Shown here: positions 18,648 through 31,791 of the stretch, in pieces | Position numbering within the stretch: position 1 is the stretch's first letter | How the letters are laid out: each line of letters begins with the position of its first letter | Assembly: GCF_009914755.1 (NCBI RefSeq) | Contig: NC_060935.1 | Reading direction: 5' to 3' (one strand) | From: the human T2T-CHM13v2.0 reference genome, Homo sapiens | DNA length: 64,000 nucleotides | Program-made: the position numbers and the translations under genes | The notes under the pieces: generated by a model | What the model was told of the DNA's origin: nothing | What the model saw: only the letters and a program-made list of their open reading frames with translations | Database searches by the model: none

Positions 18648-19334
18648 TTATTAAAATTATTATAGCAACCTCTGAACTGGAAACTGGTAGAACAGCATTT
18701 AAACCCAGGTCTAAGCTCTGAGTGAACGAACCATAGTTAAACTCTAGTGGGGAGACGGGAGACTTCTTATAAATTCAGCTTCTGAAATACATTAGTTAAG
18801 CTGAGGTCATTAGAGAAGAGAGTTGACATCAGTGGTGTTTCCACAAGATTCACAGTTGCCCATGAGTATGGTTACTCCTCCTAGGAGCCTGAGGCCTTAC
18901 AGACTGAAGAATTTTAAGGCTAGAAGTGTCCTCAAAATAAAACCCAATGTTTTTATTTTATAGGAAATTAGTGGAGGCCCAGTGGGATGAAATTACCTGT
19001 CCCAAGGCAACATGTTAGTCGCAAAACCACCCTGGATGGATCTTGTTTCTATTCGCCAGGGGCTGGCAACTCACAAGATACCTAGTGTCAGCAATGTCAG
19101 AGAACTAGAGCTTTTGAACCCCAGGTCTGCGTGTCACCTTGGAGACATACACAATACCTGCTCTAGCCATGCCTGTTGAAGCGCCCAGACAAACATCCAT
19201 CACTCAGTTCACGGAACAAATTACATCAGCAGGAAGAGACAAAGAGAAAACAACCATCATAACGGAAAAGGCTTTCCAATCCAGCCAAGGTTCTCATGCC
19301 AGGAATAACCACTCCAAAACTCTTTGTGTGATAT

Positions 19335-19566
19335 ACATATAAATTCTAGGGTACATGTGCAGGATGTGCAGATTTGTTTCATAGGTAAACGTGTACCATG
19401 GTGGTTTGCTGCACCTATCAACCCATCACCTAGGTATTAAGCCCAGCATGCATTAGCTGTTTTTCCTAATGCTCTATCCCCACCCACCCCACCTGCCGAC
19501 AGGCGCCAGTGTGTGTTGTTCCCCTCCCTGTGTCCAAGTGTTCTCATTGGTCAGCTCCCACTTATT
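19335..19566 (-). mobile_element. L1PA 3' end fragment
   Basis: gtacatgtgcaggatgtgcag...ctcccacttat, antisense L1 3'UTR. Confidence 0.88.
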
Positions 19567-20427
19567 AGGCCAGAACTCTTTGGACCAAACAAATCTGCAG
19601 CTTCCCCTACAAGGGCCTTTCCTGCAGTTTGTTCCGGAATGCCAATCCCTAACTCTCCAAAGAGTCCTATCTCCGCACTCACGGCCCCTCCCGTGTTAAG
19701 TACACATGCAAAACCAAGGTTTAGTGAATATGTTTCCTAAGATATAGGACATAAGTAAAAAGAAGTCTTTGCCTTTAGAAAGCCTCAAGCACTTCTGGGC
19801 TTGGCAATGTCTGTGGCGGTTTGGCTGAGGTTCTTAAAGAGGTGGCCCAGAATTTTCCATGCTCTACTTTTCAAGAGCTTCTACCAGCAGCTGTCAAAGA
19901 TGAATGCCATTAGGCACCCCACTCTCTCACCCTAAGATCCATTTTATTTAGGCTTTTATCTCCTAAGCCACTCAGCTAATGGGATGTTTTTCTTACAGCT
20001 AAGTTCAGCAAACAGTTTCTAGTTTCCACTGTGAAAATACAGAGGCCACAAGTTTTAGGACTGTTTGGCTTGTAGGGGAGGCAGCCTCCCTTTCTGCCTC
20101 TCCTTCATAAACTGCCACGTAAATAGCCACATTTTGGCAAACGTTGCCATCTCCCTCAACATTCGGGGCTCTGTGCCTTCTTCAGGGAACTGGGAGTAAA
20201 CCGCCAGGAGTGGAGAACTTGAACAACTGCTCAGGGATCGCAGGGTACCTGAAATAATTAGCAGCCGCCGCGTTTGTGCTGAGCGCTTTCCGTCAATCAT
20301 CTCAACCACCCTGTGAAGTGAAGCCTATTGTTTTACCCATCAAGTGCTGTTAAATACTTCCAGAAATGACCAGTGAAGAGCCTGGGTATCACTAAACGGC
20401 CATAAAAGGCACACTGCTTAATGTTGG

Positions 20428-20544
20428 TTTTTTTTGTTTGTTCTTTGTGGGTTTTGTTCGTTTTTGAGGCGGAGTCTCGCTCTTATTGCCCAGGCAGTAG
20501 GGCAATGGCGCGATCTCGGCTCACCGCTACCTCAGCCTCCCGGG
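20428..20544 (-). mobile_element. Short 5'-truncated Alu with TSD
   Basis: Right-arm end only; ttaatgttg..tttttt on both sides. Confidence 0.85.
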
Positions 20545-20648
20545 TTAATGTTGTTTTTTGAAAAGTCAGCAGTCAGACTCTAAGAAGGGTGCGGCCCGAG
20601 CCGACCCAAGAAAACAAAACATCACGTTGTACTTAAAACGTCCGTTTC

Positions 20649-20940
<292 letters not shown>

Positions 20941-20949
20941 GTCCGTTTC

Positions 20950-21620
20950 GCCCGACACCTGCTTTTCAAAATTACACATTTAGACCGCGAGGGGAGAGAG
21001 GAACTGCCGTGACCACGGAGGGCTGGCCTTTCCCCCGGCGCAGTTTCTCTGGACCGCTAGAGCTTCCCTTGAGACGAAAGCGATGGCAGGGGCCCGGGTG
21101 CGAGGCTGCCCCCGAGGGAATGGGGGGCGCGACGGGGGTAACGGGGCTGCTTCTGGGAGAGGGCGCGCTCCCCGTTTCTCCTTCCTCGTAGATAAAATGA
21201 AGCCAGCGTTCGGCTAGGACACCGGGCCGCGGTGACGGGTTGGAAGGGCCAGGCCTCGGGAGGCTCGCCCGGCAGGGGTCGAGTGGAAAGCGAGGACGGG
21301 GGTAGCCCCCACAGACCCTCCGCCCGGGCCCAGACTGCCGCCGCCACCTCGGCTCGGCTCACCCAAACCCCAGCAGGCCTTCGGGCCTTCTTACCTGGCG
21401 GCGCCCAAGATCCTCTTCCAGCCTCGAGCCGCTTCTGCGCTCAGCCCCCGCATTCTTTCGCTCCAGCCCGCAAGGCTCCGCCCCCCGGCCCCGCCCCTCA
21501 GGATGCCCTTGCCCTCCCAGGCTCCCGGCTCCCGCACCGCGCAGCCGCACCTCGGCAGGAACCTCCTCCTCTCCCTCCACCCCCGCGCGGAGCTCAGCCT
21601 CCTGGCCCAGGTTCTGAGAA
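20950..21620. promoter_or_regulatory. CD59: CD59 CpG-island, TATA-less promoter with GC boxes
   Basis: High GC and CpG density; CCGCCC boxes near 21478 and 21491 upstream of exon 1. Confidence 0.85.
21395..21480 (-). other. CD59: CD59 non-coding exon 1 (5' end approximate); alternative donor gtgagc extends it to 21363
   Basis: ...GAGGATCTTGGGCGCCGCCAG|gtaaga matches the CD59 5'UTR and lies in a CpG island. A second donor GG|gtgagc sits 32 nt further on. Confidence 0.88.
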
Positions 21621-22247
21621 GGCCGGGTGGCCAGGACCCAATGAGCACCTTCAAAACCCCAGGGAACTGAAAGTTTGGGGCGTCCTCCTCGGATTTGCTA
21701 TGGGACATAAAAACAGTAGGAAACTTCCAAAGACTTCTGATTTTCCCTTTTACTTTTTTTTTAAGTATATTAAAATGTTTTTCAAAACGTTTCTGTGCGT
21801 CTTGCTGGTGCCCTGGGTGCCCCAGGGCCTGGCTATCGGGCTATGCGGCCCTGCTGCAGTCTGAAGCTGCTTCCTACTGCGAGGCTTGGGCAGCATCCAA
21901 ATAGCCATCAGCCACAGCCGCATCCGTATCCGTGCCTTGTGACTTGTTTGAGACCCAAACAAAATGTTATGCGTTTAAAAGCTTACTGGGCTGCTCGGGG
22001 ACCAGTGTTTTGAATGAACCTCTTCGAGTGTCTCTATCAACTTAGCTGGTAGCTACTGTTCCCCAGCAGCCACCAGAGGCAGGGACAGAAGAGCAAGACC
22101 AGGGGATCCGCCTGCATGAGTCTGTCCCTTCAGGGTGGCCTCGCCCTCAGGGACTGGATTGTAGGCATGGTTTCAATAACACAGCGGTGTGAAAGTTTAA
22201 GAGTTTTTAGTACTTACGGACCCTGGGTGGTACACAGCTTGCCTAGA

Positions 22248-22249
<2 letters not shown>

Positions 22250-22285
<36 letters not shown>
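22250..22285. repeat. (CA)n microsatellite, about 18 units, about 0.8 kb upstream of CD59 exon 1
   Basis: Perfect dinucleotide run. Confidence 0.97.
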
Positions 22286-22288
<3 letters not shown>

Positions 22289-23179
22289 GATCAGGGAGAA
22301 CAGGGAGAGGGAAGGGAGGAACGGACCTTTGGGCCAGCAACTTTATCCAGTTAGGTTTCCTCTGGAGAGCTCTAACTGGTGGATTTAAAAGCAAGCAGGT
22401 GAAAAGGCAGAGGTGGGAGGAACTTGAACCAGAGTTTGAAGCTGCAGTAGTGCCCTGTTATCACATCACTGCATGTTTATCTCTGGCCACCAGCTAGAGC
22501 CATTTGCGTGGGGTATAGTACTGGAAACTGTCAATGGTGACTGAGACTTGCTTCTGTTATTAAAAGTTAAACATATTCAAAAATGGATGCTGAGGTAACA
22601 AAAAATTATAAGCACTCACCAGAACCGCAACCACCATTTGGAACATTAGTTTTATGTGCAGATGTAATTAGAAGTTTCCATTTGCTATTATATTTGGAAA
22701 GTGTCCCACTCACTGCAGAACTGACTGTAAGAACGCCATAGGAGGGAGGGTGGGGCTACAGGCCAAAAGTACAAGTCTTCCTCCAAGAGGATGGCCTCTG
22801 TTAGAAAGCATGAGACACACTTTGAGGGTCAGGGTGAGAAGATATTACATCTCAGGGCTGCTTGTGTTGAACTGGTCAGGGAAGAAGGCATGAGATAAAA
22901 TTTAAGCAGGGGGAATCATAGATTACTGAATGTCTTGCAGGGAAAATCATATAGTAACTGTCTTGACGCTTCTACTGTTATTCTGATGGCTTTGGGATGT
23001 CAGGGAATGAGTTCCATTTGGTGGTGCTCAAATCCTGGTATTCCTCTATACAAGTGGGAGTTTTTTAAATCAGGATGACTTGCTTTGATATTTAAAGCAT
23101 GTCTCCTTAAAACAGCTAATACTGTATATTTCCCAAGATGGATTCCAAAGCTCTTTTGTGTACATACCTTACACACATC

Positions 23180-23800
23180 CTGTTAGCTATTCCTTCCTTG
23201 ACACGCTTGGCTTCTGAGATGCCACTCTCTCCTAGTTTGGTTCCCTAGAATGGTTTCTTGACCATTCGGTCTTGAGATTCTTTTCCTTTACCCACTAATA
23301 ATTTGGTGTCCCAGGATTAGACTGAGAACCATGGCTGTGTGTGCTCCCTGGGAGACTATAGTGTATCTACTCTTTTACCTTGGGATGTATGTTTGCAGAT
23401 GATTCAAAAGTCTGTCTCCATCCCTGACCACTCCCCCTATCTTCATATTCATATCCAGCTGACTGCTGGACATCTCCACTTATATGTTCCACAGACATCT
23501 TGAACTTAATGTGCACAAATCTGAATTCATCTTTAAAGAGTGACTGCTTTTCCTGAATTTTTTTCATAAATGAAGACAGAAACCTAGGAATCAACGTTGA
23601 CCTCTTCCACTCCCTCACATCTACTCAGCCATTCCTGCCTATTTTACCATTTCAATATCTCAATTTCATTCCTTTTTCACATTGCTACTGTGCTAATTCA
23701 GATCTGTAGTTTGCGTTGCTTGAGCCATTACAATTCCTTAATACCAGGTCCCCATGTTGCCCATGTCAATTCCTGCATCCCCTGCCCCTTCTCTGCTTGC
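23180..23800. mobile_element. L2 relic
   Basis: gacatctccactt...acagacatcttgaacttaatgtg, aaacctaggaatca motifs. Confidence 0.6.
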
Positions 23801-24333
23801 CCTCCACACGGCTGCTAGAGACCTGGCTAGTTTACCTCTCCAGCCTCATGCCTCACTTTTCATTTTCCACTTCATTTTACCTTGTTATCATCATCCTTTT
23901 GTGAATACAATATGCCTGCAGCAGCCAGTATGCAACCATGATCGTCTTTGAGAGGAAAAGTCTTGTGCTAAGGATGGCAGGTCAGAAAGATGGAGCCAAT
24001 CTGGACTGTTGATAACACCACTGTGCCATCATGTCAGCCTTGAACTAGCTACCTCTGACTATTCGCAAGAATAACCACCCCCAAACTATTTAAGCTACTG
24101 TTAATTTAGGTATTTGTCTTATTCTAGTGATATATCAAGCCTCAGAGAAATTAGTAAAAAAAATCAGTTGTGTTTTCAAGGGTCCTCAGAGCCAGAAATG
24201 GCCTTTTCACCACCAAAAGTAGAGTCTGGTTTGGGCAACATTAATGCCAACTGTTAAATTCCTGTTACGTGTGAATAAGCATTCTTGCCAATAGCAGAAA
24301 ATACAGAAGCTTGTTACCAACAAACTTCACGTT

Positions 24334-24626
24334 AGGCCGGGCGCGGTGGCTCACACCTGTAATCCCAACACTTTGGGAGCCAGAGGCAGGAGGATCACTT
24401 AAAGACAGGAGTTTGAGACCAGCCTGGTCAATATAGTGAAACCCTGGCTCTACTAAAAATGCAAAAAAGGGCATGGTAGTGCACACCTGTGATCCCAGCT
24501 ACCCACGAGGCCGAGGCATAAGAATCACTTGAACCTGGGAGGCGGAGGTTGGAGTCAGCCGAGATCATGCCACTGCACTCCAGTCTGGGAGACACAGCGA
24601 GACTGTCTGAAAAAACAAACAAAAAA
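24334..24626 (+). mobile_element. Alu (S/J)
   Basis: Full dimer. Confidence 0.93.
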
Positions 24627-24912
24627 CTACACCTCAGTATGAACTAGAGGTCACTCATTCAACATACTAAGAGAATGTGAATTCTGATGAGAGGATAAAG
24701 CAAATCAAAGCATTCTGAGGAGCAAAGGTTAGACAGGGTTGGAAGGGAGATTTGGGGCATCATAAGTACTCTGGAAATAGAGAGAGAGGTCATCAGAAAA
24801 GAGAAAGAAAAAATGGCAAGGGATTCCAGGGCCAGCCTTAATTGCCAAGATTTACTAGTTTTTGATTACTGCTTTATTGGAAAAGTTCGGTTTTGAAAAA
24901 ATTAAGTGGTTT

Positions 24913-25250
24913 GACGCTATGGTCTGAATGTTTTTGTTCCCCCAAATTGTTGAAATCCAATCCCTAAAGCAATAGTATTAAGAGGTAGGGCCTTTAGGCT
25001 CTGCCCTCATGAAGGGGATTAGTGCCCTTATAAAAGAGGCCTGAGGAAGTTTGTTTGCTCTTTCCACCACATAAAACACAGCAAGAAGGTGCCATCTTTG
25101 AAGCAGAGAGTGGGTACTTACCAGACACCAAATTTGCTGATGCCTTGATCTTGGACTTCCCACCCTCCAGAACTGTGAGCAATAAATCTCTATTGTTTGT
25201 AAATGACTCAGTCTAAGGTATTTTGTTATAACAAACTAAATAAAGACAAT
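24913..25250 (+). mobile_element. MLT1A/MST-type MaLR LTR
   Basis: gctatggtctgaatg start; ccttgatcttggacttcc and ctccagaactgtgagcaataaa motifs. Confidence 0.8.
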
Positions 25251-25275
25251 TGACTTTTTTTCTAAAAAGGATAGC

Positions 25276-25648
<373 letters not shown>

Positions 25649-26917
25649 CTATTTCAGAACACCTTGACATGTGTGAAAATGAAAGGATAAGTTTGTCTTC
25701 ATGTTCCCTAATGGCAGCTGCTTAGCCTTGAATGCCACTTGTTTTCTTACAGTTTTCTCTATAAAATAACTGTTCTTGGGGGAAAATGGATGGTGGGGCA
25801 CACAAGACAGTACAGTCAAAGCTAGGAGATGACTTTGAGTGGACCTGCTACTTTTGCAGCAGGTCAGCAAGAATCCATCCCATCTTCTACCTTAAAAGCA
25901 AATGCTGACTAATATTAGTTTATGGAAAATAAGCAATTATACAAAATACAGAATTGGAACCAAAATTTGCTTTTAAAATGTGAGTTTTTAACACTTGAAG
26001 GATTTCATTCTTAACTCTCAATTATATAATTACAAAAAAAATCCAAGTTTCAGGAAAACATACTTAATCCTAACATAAAATTCATGTCACTTATCACAAA
26101 GACAGTCAAGTGTATAAAGGAGAAACAAAACAGAAGCAGTATTTACAAATTTAAACTACATGAGATGTTGTGAACAATCTTTTGTTAATAAACAGCACGT
26201 TACATACTTTTACATACTACATTTCAAAAATGCATCTGTGAATAATATGATAAAGCGCATAGTGTTGAAGACTTTAAATTAAATCCAAGGTCATCATGTT
26301 GAAGACCTGAAATTAAATTCAAGGTTGTAGTGATGAAAAATTTAAAGTCAAGGTCTTAGCGATAAAGACTTTAAATTCAAAGACAGATTGTCTAAGGACA
26401 AACCACTAGCGTTCAAGTTGTTTAGTCAATTAGTTCTCTGTGAGTACAAAATATTAGGAATCACTAAATGGATTAGCCTAATTACAAATTTTGATCATTT
26501 CTAAATAACTCACAACTGCAAGAAGTCTTTTCACAGAATGAGTCACATAGTTTCTCTCTATCCTTGTGCAGGTATTTTAAATCCTTATTCAAAACAGTTC
26601 CCTCTCCATTTCTAGATTTTTGTAAGTATAAAATATTTTAAAACAAAGGTATGTCCATTCCTTAGCTAGAGAACTATTCTTCCACTGACTCCTGGAAGAG
26701 AAAAAAAAGATTCCCATTTCTTCCTCTACCTCAAAAACACAAAGCAAACCCAAACAATCCAATTCCTAATGTAGTGTCACATAGAACCCAGGGCCTGAAA
26801 CAATATTTCATGCTAGTTTTCCTGCTATATGCAGAGAACAATTTAGTTATTTACATTATTGAGAAATCTATTTAACAGCCTAGAATCATCCTAGTGCTTC
26901 CATCAGCAGAAGGCTTG

Positions 26918-27094
26918 CTAAAAAAGGCGTGAGCAGCGGCGTCTGCGAATGGGAACATCAAAGACTCTCCTCCGTCTCTCCTCTTCATCATCTTCATCTG
27001 ATTCATCCATATCTGCTGAATCATCATCCTCGTCTTCCTCCTCTTCCTCCTCCTCCTCTTCTTCCATCTCTTCATATTCATCAGGACCCATTTC
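26918..27094 (-). CDS. FBXO3: FBXO3 exon 11 (last coding): acidic E/D tail, ending ...RRRCSRLF*
   Basis: Acceptor tttcaag, EMGPDEYEEMEEEEEE..., TAG at 26920-26918. Brings the CDS to 1416 nt (471 aa). Confidence 0.96.
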   Translation of the reverse strand, partial: EMGPDEYEEMEEEEEEEEEEDEDDDSADMDESDEDDEEERRRRVFDVPIRRRRCSRLF

Positions 27095-27339
27095 CTTGAA
27101 AGAGAAAACAATCTTTTGATAAGAAGAGCATCTATCAGTTTTTTAGTTATTTCATGTAAATTCTCATTTATCTAGAATTCAAACAACCAGACACGCCAAA
27201 TATGAATTTCCATAGACTTGAACAGTGGATTCTCACAACACACATGCTGATGCAAGATTCTGGAGTGGATTCTATATCTTGTGTTAAATAATGCTCAGTG
27301 TGATTTTTTTGTTGTTGTTTAATGGAAGATCTTCTTTTT

Positions 27340-27478
27340 AAAAAAATTATTATTTTTTCTTAGAGACGAGTTCTTGCTGTGTTGCCTAGGCTAGCCTCAA
27401 ACTCCTGGGCTCAAGCAGTTCTCCCACCTCATCCTCCCGAGTAGCTGGGACTACAGGTGCATGCGACCCAGCCCAGCT
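27340..27478 (-). mobile_element. Alu monomer (FLAM-like)
   Basis: Single arm. Confidence 0.8.
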
Positions 27479-27799
27479 CAGTATGGTTTTAATGGTAAAT
27501 ATTTCACTAAGCCAGTACTTATTTTTTACACAGTAGTTGGTAATTCACAGAAGGTAGCAAACAGACCACTTGTAACAATCCAAGATACAGTTTTACTGAG
27601 CTTATATTCATATACTGAATAATAATTATTAAGCTATATACTTACAGAAAAGAGGATATGAAAATATTAATCAAGTATGACCTCTACTGGTAACTTTTAT
27701 GCACTGTCAACAAGAGATCTAAGATTTTTATTGAGCTCCTACCATAAAGACACATCATTTCAATTCAACCATCAGTAGCCTCTACTTTTTAAAAAAATA

Positions 27800-28260
27800 T
27801 TTTTATTTTTTTAGTGGCTTGAAACAGCAACAGTCATTATTATCTCTCATGGTTCATGTGGGTTGGTGTTTGGGAAGTATTCAGTGGGGTGGTTCTGGGT
27901 TGGGGTGTCCCGTGATGTTGCAGTCCGATGGTAGCTGGAACTGCAGTCATCTCACGAGCTTCTTCATTCACATGTCTGGTACCCGCGCAGGATGATCCAA
28001 ATATCTGGAGTCTGAAACAGCTGGGGCTCCTGGGTGCCTCCCTCTATCTCTGTGTGATGTCTCTACATGGTCTCTTCTGCATGACGGCTTCATGGTAGCT
28101 GGACTTCTTACATGGTGGCTCAGGGTGTCAAAGACACATGTCCCAGGAGAGAAAGACAGAACCCTAGGCTGAAGGAATATTACCTTTTTCTAACTCAGAA
28201 ATCACAGTGTCACTTTGCCGATTCGTTATAAGTATATATCTAAGATCAACCCACACTGGA
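27800..28260. mobile_element. Old ERVL/MaLR LTR relic (MLT2-like)
   Basis: ttcttcattcacatgtctgg and ggacttcttacatggtggctcaggg motifs. Confidence 0.55.
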
Positions 28261-28559
28261 AGGAAATGACAGCCTCTATTTTAAAATTACCTTGTTGGAG
28301 GCTCTCAGATTAGGACAGTAGTGATGTTGAACATGCATCTGAATATCTCTTGGAAATGTCAATTCTGCCCATGCAATGTCTGTAATCAAGCCATGACTTA
28401 CTCTGCTGTCAATGTTCTCTCTCACACATTTGAAGACGCAATGGGAGGGGCTGCTACATTGAACAGAATTCTGAACAGCAAGGACCTACTTGGTATTCTG
28501 GAAAGTATGGGGCAACTTGGGGCGTGATGTCAGCCAGAGTCCTTCCACCAAGGCTTTTA

Positions 28560-29010
28560 TGGTGTTACGTGATCCACCACCCCATTAACACTCTGATCTA
28601 ATCTCCAGCCCCTCTCCCTGTTGTTCACTGCACTCCAGCTACACTGGCCTCCTTGGGTCAAGCACACCAAGCACATTACTGTTTCGGAACCTCCACACGT
28701 GCTGCTCCTTTGCTTCGACCTCTCGTCTCCCACATATCCACCTAATTCCCTCTGCTCCTTTCACGTTTCAGCTTAAATGTCACCAAGGCCTCTCCTGACA
28801 CATCTTTATATTAGAACAACCTAACAATACGTTCTTTATCCCCTTTACTCTGCTGTTTCTCCACAGCACTTATTACTACTTAATATAAGGACATAGTGTT
28901 TATTGTTACAGTTTGTCTCTTTGAATTGGAATGTAAATTCCAAGGCAGGGAATTTGATTATATTGTTAATCACAGTGCTCAATAAATAGTTGTTGTACAA
29001 GCAAATGAAT
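28560..29010. mobile_element. L2 3' relic
   Basis: cactccagctacactggcctcctt ... gtgctcaataaatagttgttg. Confidence 0.65.
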
Positions 29011-29949
29011 TAATGTAGGAGAAAGGAATTGTGTCACTTAGGATTTATTATAACACTAACAACAATAACAGAGAAAATATACACTGATACGACTTATAAG
29101 ACATTACATTCTTTTATCTTTGGATTTATTTTTTTAATCTAAGGAATGAAGACTTTGAAATTCAGTTAGGAGGTCCAAAAGGTGGGAAAGGGAAAGGCTT
29201 AGGAAGTTCTAAAACATGATATGTGAGTAGTATGATTATTAATTATCTTAATGAAGAAGAAAACAGAAAAACTGTTAAAGAACTCAATGTGGCTAAGGAG
29301 AAAGATTGCTCAGAAAAAAAGTGTACACACACAAACAGCAGATGCAGAGAGGAACACACAGAGAGGAGTGGAAATGTGCAGCTGGAGCCTCTAAAAGTGC
29401 CCCAAACAAGCCAAACACACACACCACCTAGACCAAGAAAAGACATAAGACCAACTAATGCATATCCCAAGAGGCATTCCAAGGAGAAAGAAAAAGGAAG
29501 TGTTAAGCCTACGAATTAATCAGACTGGTAGAGGACGAAAAAGCAGAACAATTCTCCATATCAGAAAACTAATATACAAACAGGAAAGGTCAACAAATAC
29601 AACCCCCATGGCTTTTTTAATGTTGATAAGAAGTAAGTCCAGAATTCTCATTTTATTTCTCATCCTTGAGAGAAAACATTTTCCACAAGGCAGGTCAAGA
29701 TTTTATATGTTTATTTGTGGTTAGAAGGAAACGAAAACTAATAAGAAAGAACATAGTTAAGAGAGAGCTGAACATGAAATGGGTTTATTATTGTCATTTG
29801 AAAAGGAACTAATAAGTAAATATTGTTTTACTTATTTCTCAGTTTTAATTTCTGATATGGTAAGCATTAATACAATCCACATAAGCAAGAATTCTTCGGA
29901 GTCCTCAATAAGTTTTTAGAGTTTCAGGGGGTCATGAGACTGAAAGTTG

Positions 29950-31220
29950 ACAACCACCGTCCTTAAATAAAGACAACTTTACACCCACCCTAACAAACAT
30001 TAAAAACAAACAAGATTCCAAAGGATCAAGTCGACCCAATAGTAACTCAACTGCCTGCCAAAACACACCTCAATGCTCTTTGAACTTTAGGACAAGGAAT
30101 ATTATCAGCGATAAAGATGGAGATTTCATAATGATGAAAGAATTATGTCATTAAAAATACATAATAATCCTTAGCATATTTGCATATAATTATACAGCTT
30201 CAAAATACATGAAGCAAACCTGACAGAACTAAAAAGAGAAACAAAAAACTATAATTATATTTGGAGATTTCAACAATCATCTCTCACTTGTTGATAGGAC
30301 AAAGACCAAAAAAAAAAAAAAATCAGCAAGTATACAGAAGACTTGAAAAAAACTGTCAACCGATTTGACCTATCATTTATAGAGTAATATTCCCCAAAAT
30401 AGCAGAATGTACATTATTTTCAAATATACAAGGATCATTTACCAAGATAAACCATAATTTTGGGCCATAAAACATTTAGGATTGAAAATACAGAGCAAAT
30501 TCTCTAACCACAATAAATTTAAAAAATCGATAGCCAAAAGATAACTGAAAACTCCCCCAAATGTTTGAAAATTAACACATTTCTAGAAAAGTCATAGATC
30601 AAAATTAAATTACAAGGGAAATCTGACACTATTTTGAACTACGCGTTCATGAAAACACATCAAAACTTGTGAAATGCAGCTAAAACAGTGCTTGGAGAGA
30701 GAAAAGTTCTAAAATTACTAATATAAACTTCTACCTTAAAAAAGCTAGAAGAAAAGCAAACTCAAAGTAGAAGGAAAGAAATAAAGATAACTGCAGAAAT
30801 CAATGCGATAGAAAATAAGCAAATAGAGAAAATTAGTAAAACCAAAAGTTGCTCCTTTAAATGATCAATAAAAATTACAAACCCCTAACTAAAGCAATGA
30901 ACAAAAGAGAAGATATAAATTAACAATATTAAGAACAAAAGAGGACAAGTGACTATGGCTTTTGTAGCCATTAAAAGGATATCAAGGGAATACTGTCAAT
31001 AACTTTATACCAATAAATTCAACATTTAGATGGAATGGACAAATTCCTTGAAAGGCACAAATTACCAAAACTGAAACAAGAAGAAATAGAAAATATGAAT
31101 ATTAAAGAAATTAAATTCAAATTTCAAAATTTTCCCACAAACAGAACTCTAGCCCCAGATAACTTCAGTGATGAATCATATCAAACATTTAGGGAAAAGA
31201 TTATTCCAAACTCATACAGA
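29950..31220 (+). mobile_element. Old L1M ORF2 relic
   Basis: ORF track MDKFLERHKLPKLKQEEIEN is L1 ORF2-like; A-rich. Confidence 0.8.
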
Positions 31221-31785
31221 TACTGGGCCAGTCAAAAAAGGAATTCTGTTATGCAAAGCAGCAAATTCCCAGTACTGGAAATACAGTTTCTGGCATTCCT
31301 CCACTGGGAAGAAATCTAAATCTTCACTTCCAAACGCACACTGTAGATTCTTTTCACTAGATATGCCACACAGGTAATGGCCCAAAGTCTCATTATCATC
31401 CTTCTCTTTTCAAACTGGAGTTGAAAATGTGTCAGCTCTGGATCAGATTAATATCATGTCCATCTTTCCAAACTTAAACCCATCCATCAGGGTCATTCCA
31501 GAAGCTAGAGGGCATTTTCCAAAGATTCAACACCTACAACTCAATTGCATTCTGGGTATATAATTCATATTTTATCCCCATTGTATAACTGGAGCTTCAT
31601 AACTTTCTTTAATCATGTTATAGTCTCTAAGGTTGGAGTTACTGTTACACTTGTCATAAGGTAACCCTAAAAACGAGATTTTAAAAAATATACCTAGTTG
31701 ACTTAAGAAATGATCCCAGAGAGACTGCCAAAAGTACACATCCACACATTAAATTTTCTTTATAATGATCTTTATGGAATATTTG

Positions 31786-31791
31786 TTTATT
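31786..31791 (-). terminator. FBXO3: AATAAA, candidate poly(A) signal for the short FBXO3 isoform ending in intron 10
   Basis: tttatt on the + strand, about 340 nt past the in-frame intronic stop. Confidence 0.5.

Noticed and set aside
21232-21864. 210-aa + strand ORF across the CD59 promoter
   Set aside because: Non-ATG start, Pro/Ala/Gly-rich, and explained by stop-codon scarcity in a CpG island; no recognisable domain.
26331-26400. TGATGA box C-like motif suggesting a C/D snoRNA
   Set aside because: It is on the strand opposite FBXO3 transcription, lies in a terminal exon, and has no suitably placed downstream CTGA with a terminal stem.
26872-27111. ORF with polybasic NLS-like KRWKKRRRRKRRK
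   Set aside because: Alternate-frame reading of the GAG/GAA-rich acidic tail; exon 10 phase 0 selects the acidic frame.
31640-31668. tag|GG TTA CCT TAT GAC AAG TGT (GLPYDKC) resembling my recollection of the CD59 last-exon start (GLQVYNKC)
   Set aside because: Similarity ends after 7 codons, there is no CCxxxxCN motif, and the comparison exon is outside the window; treated as chance.
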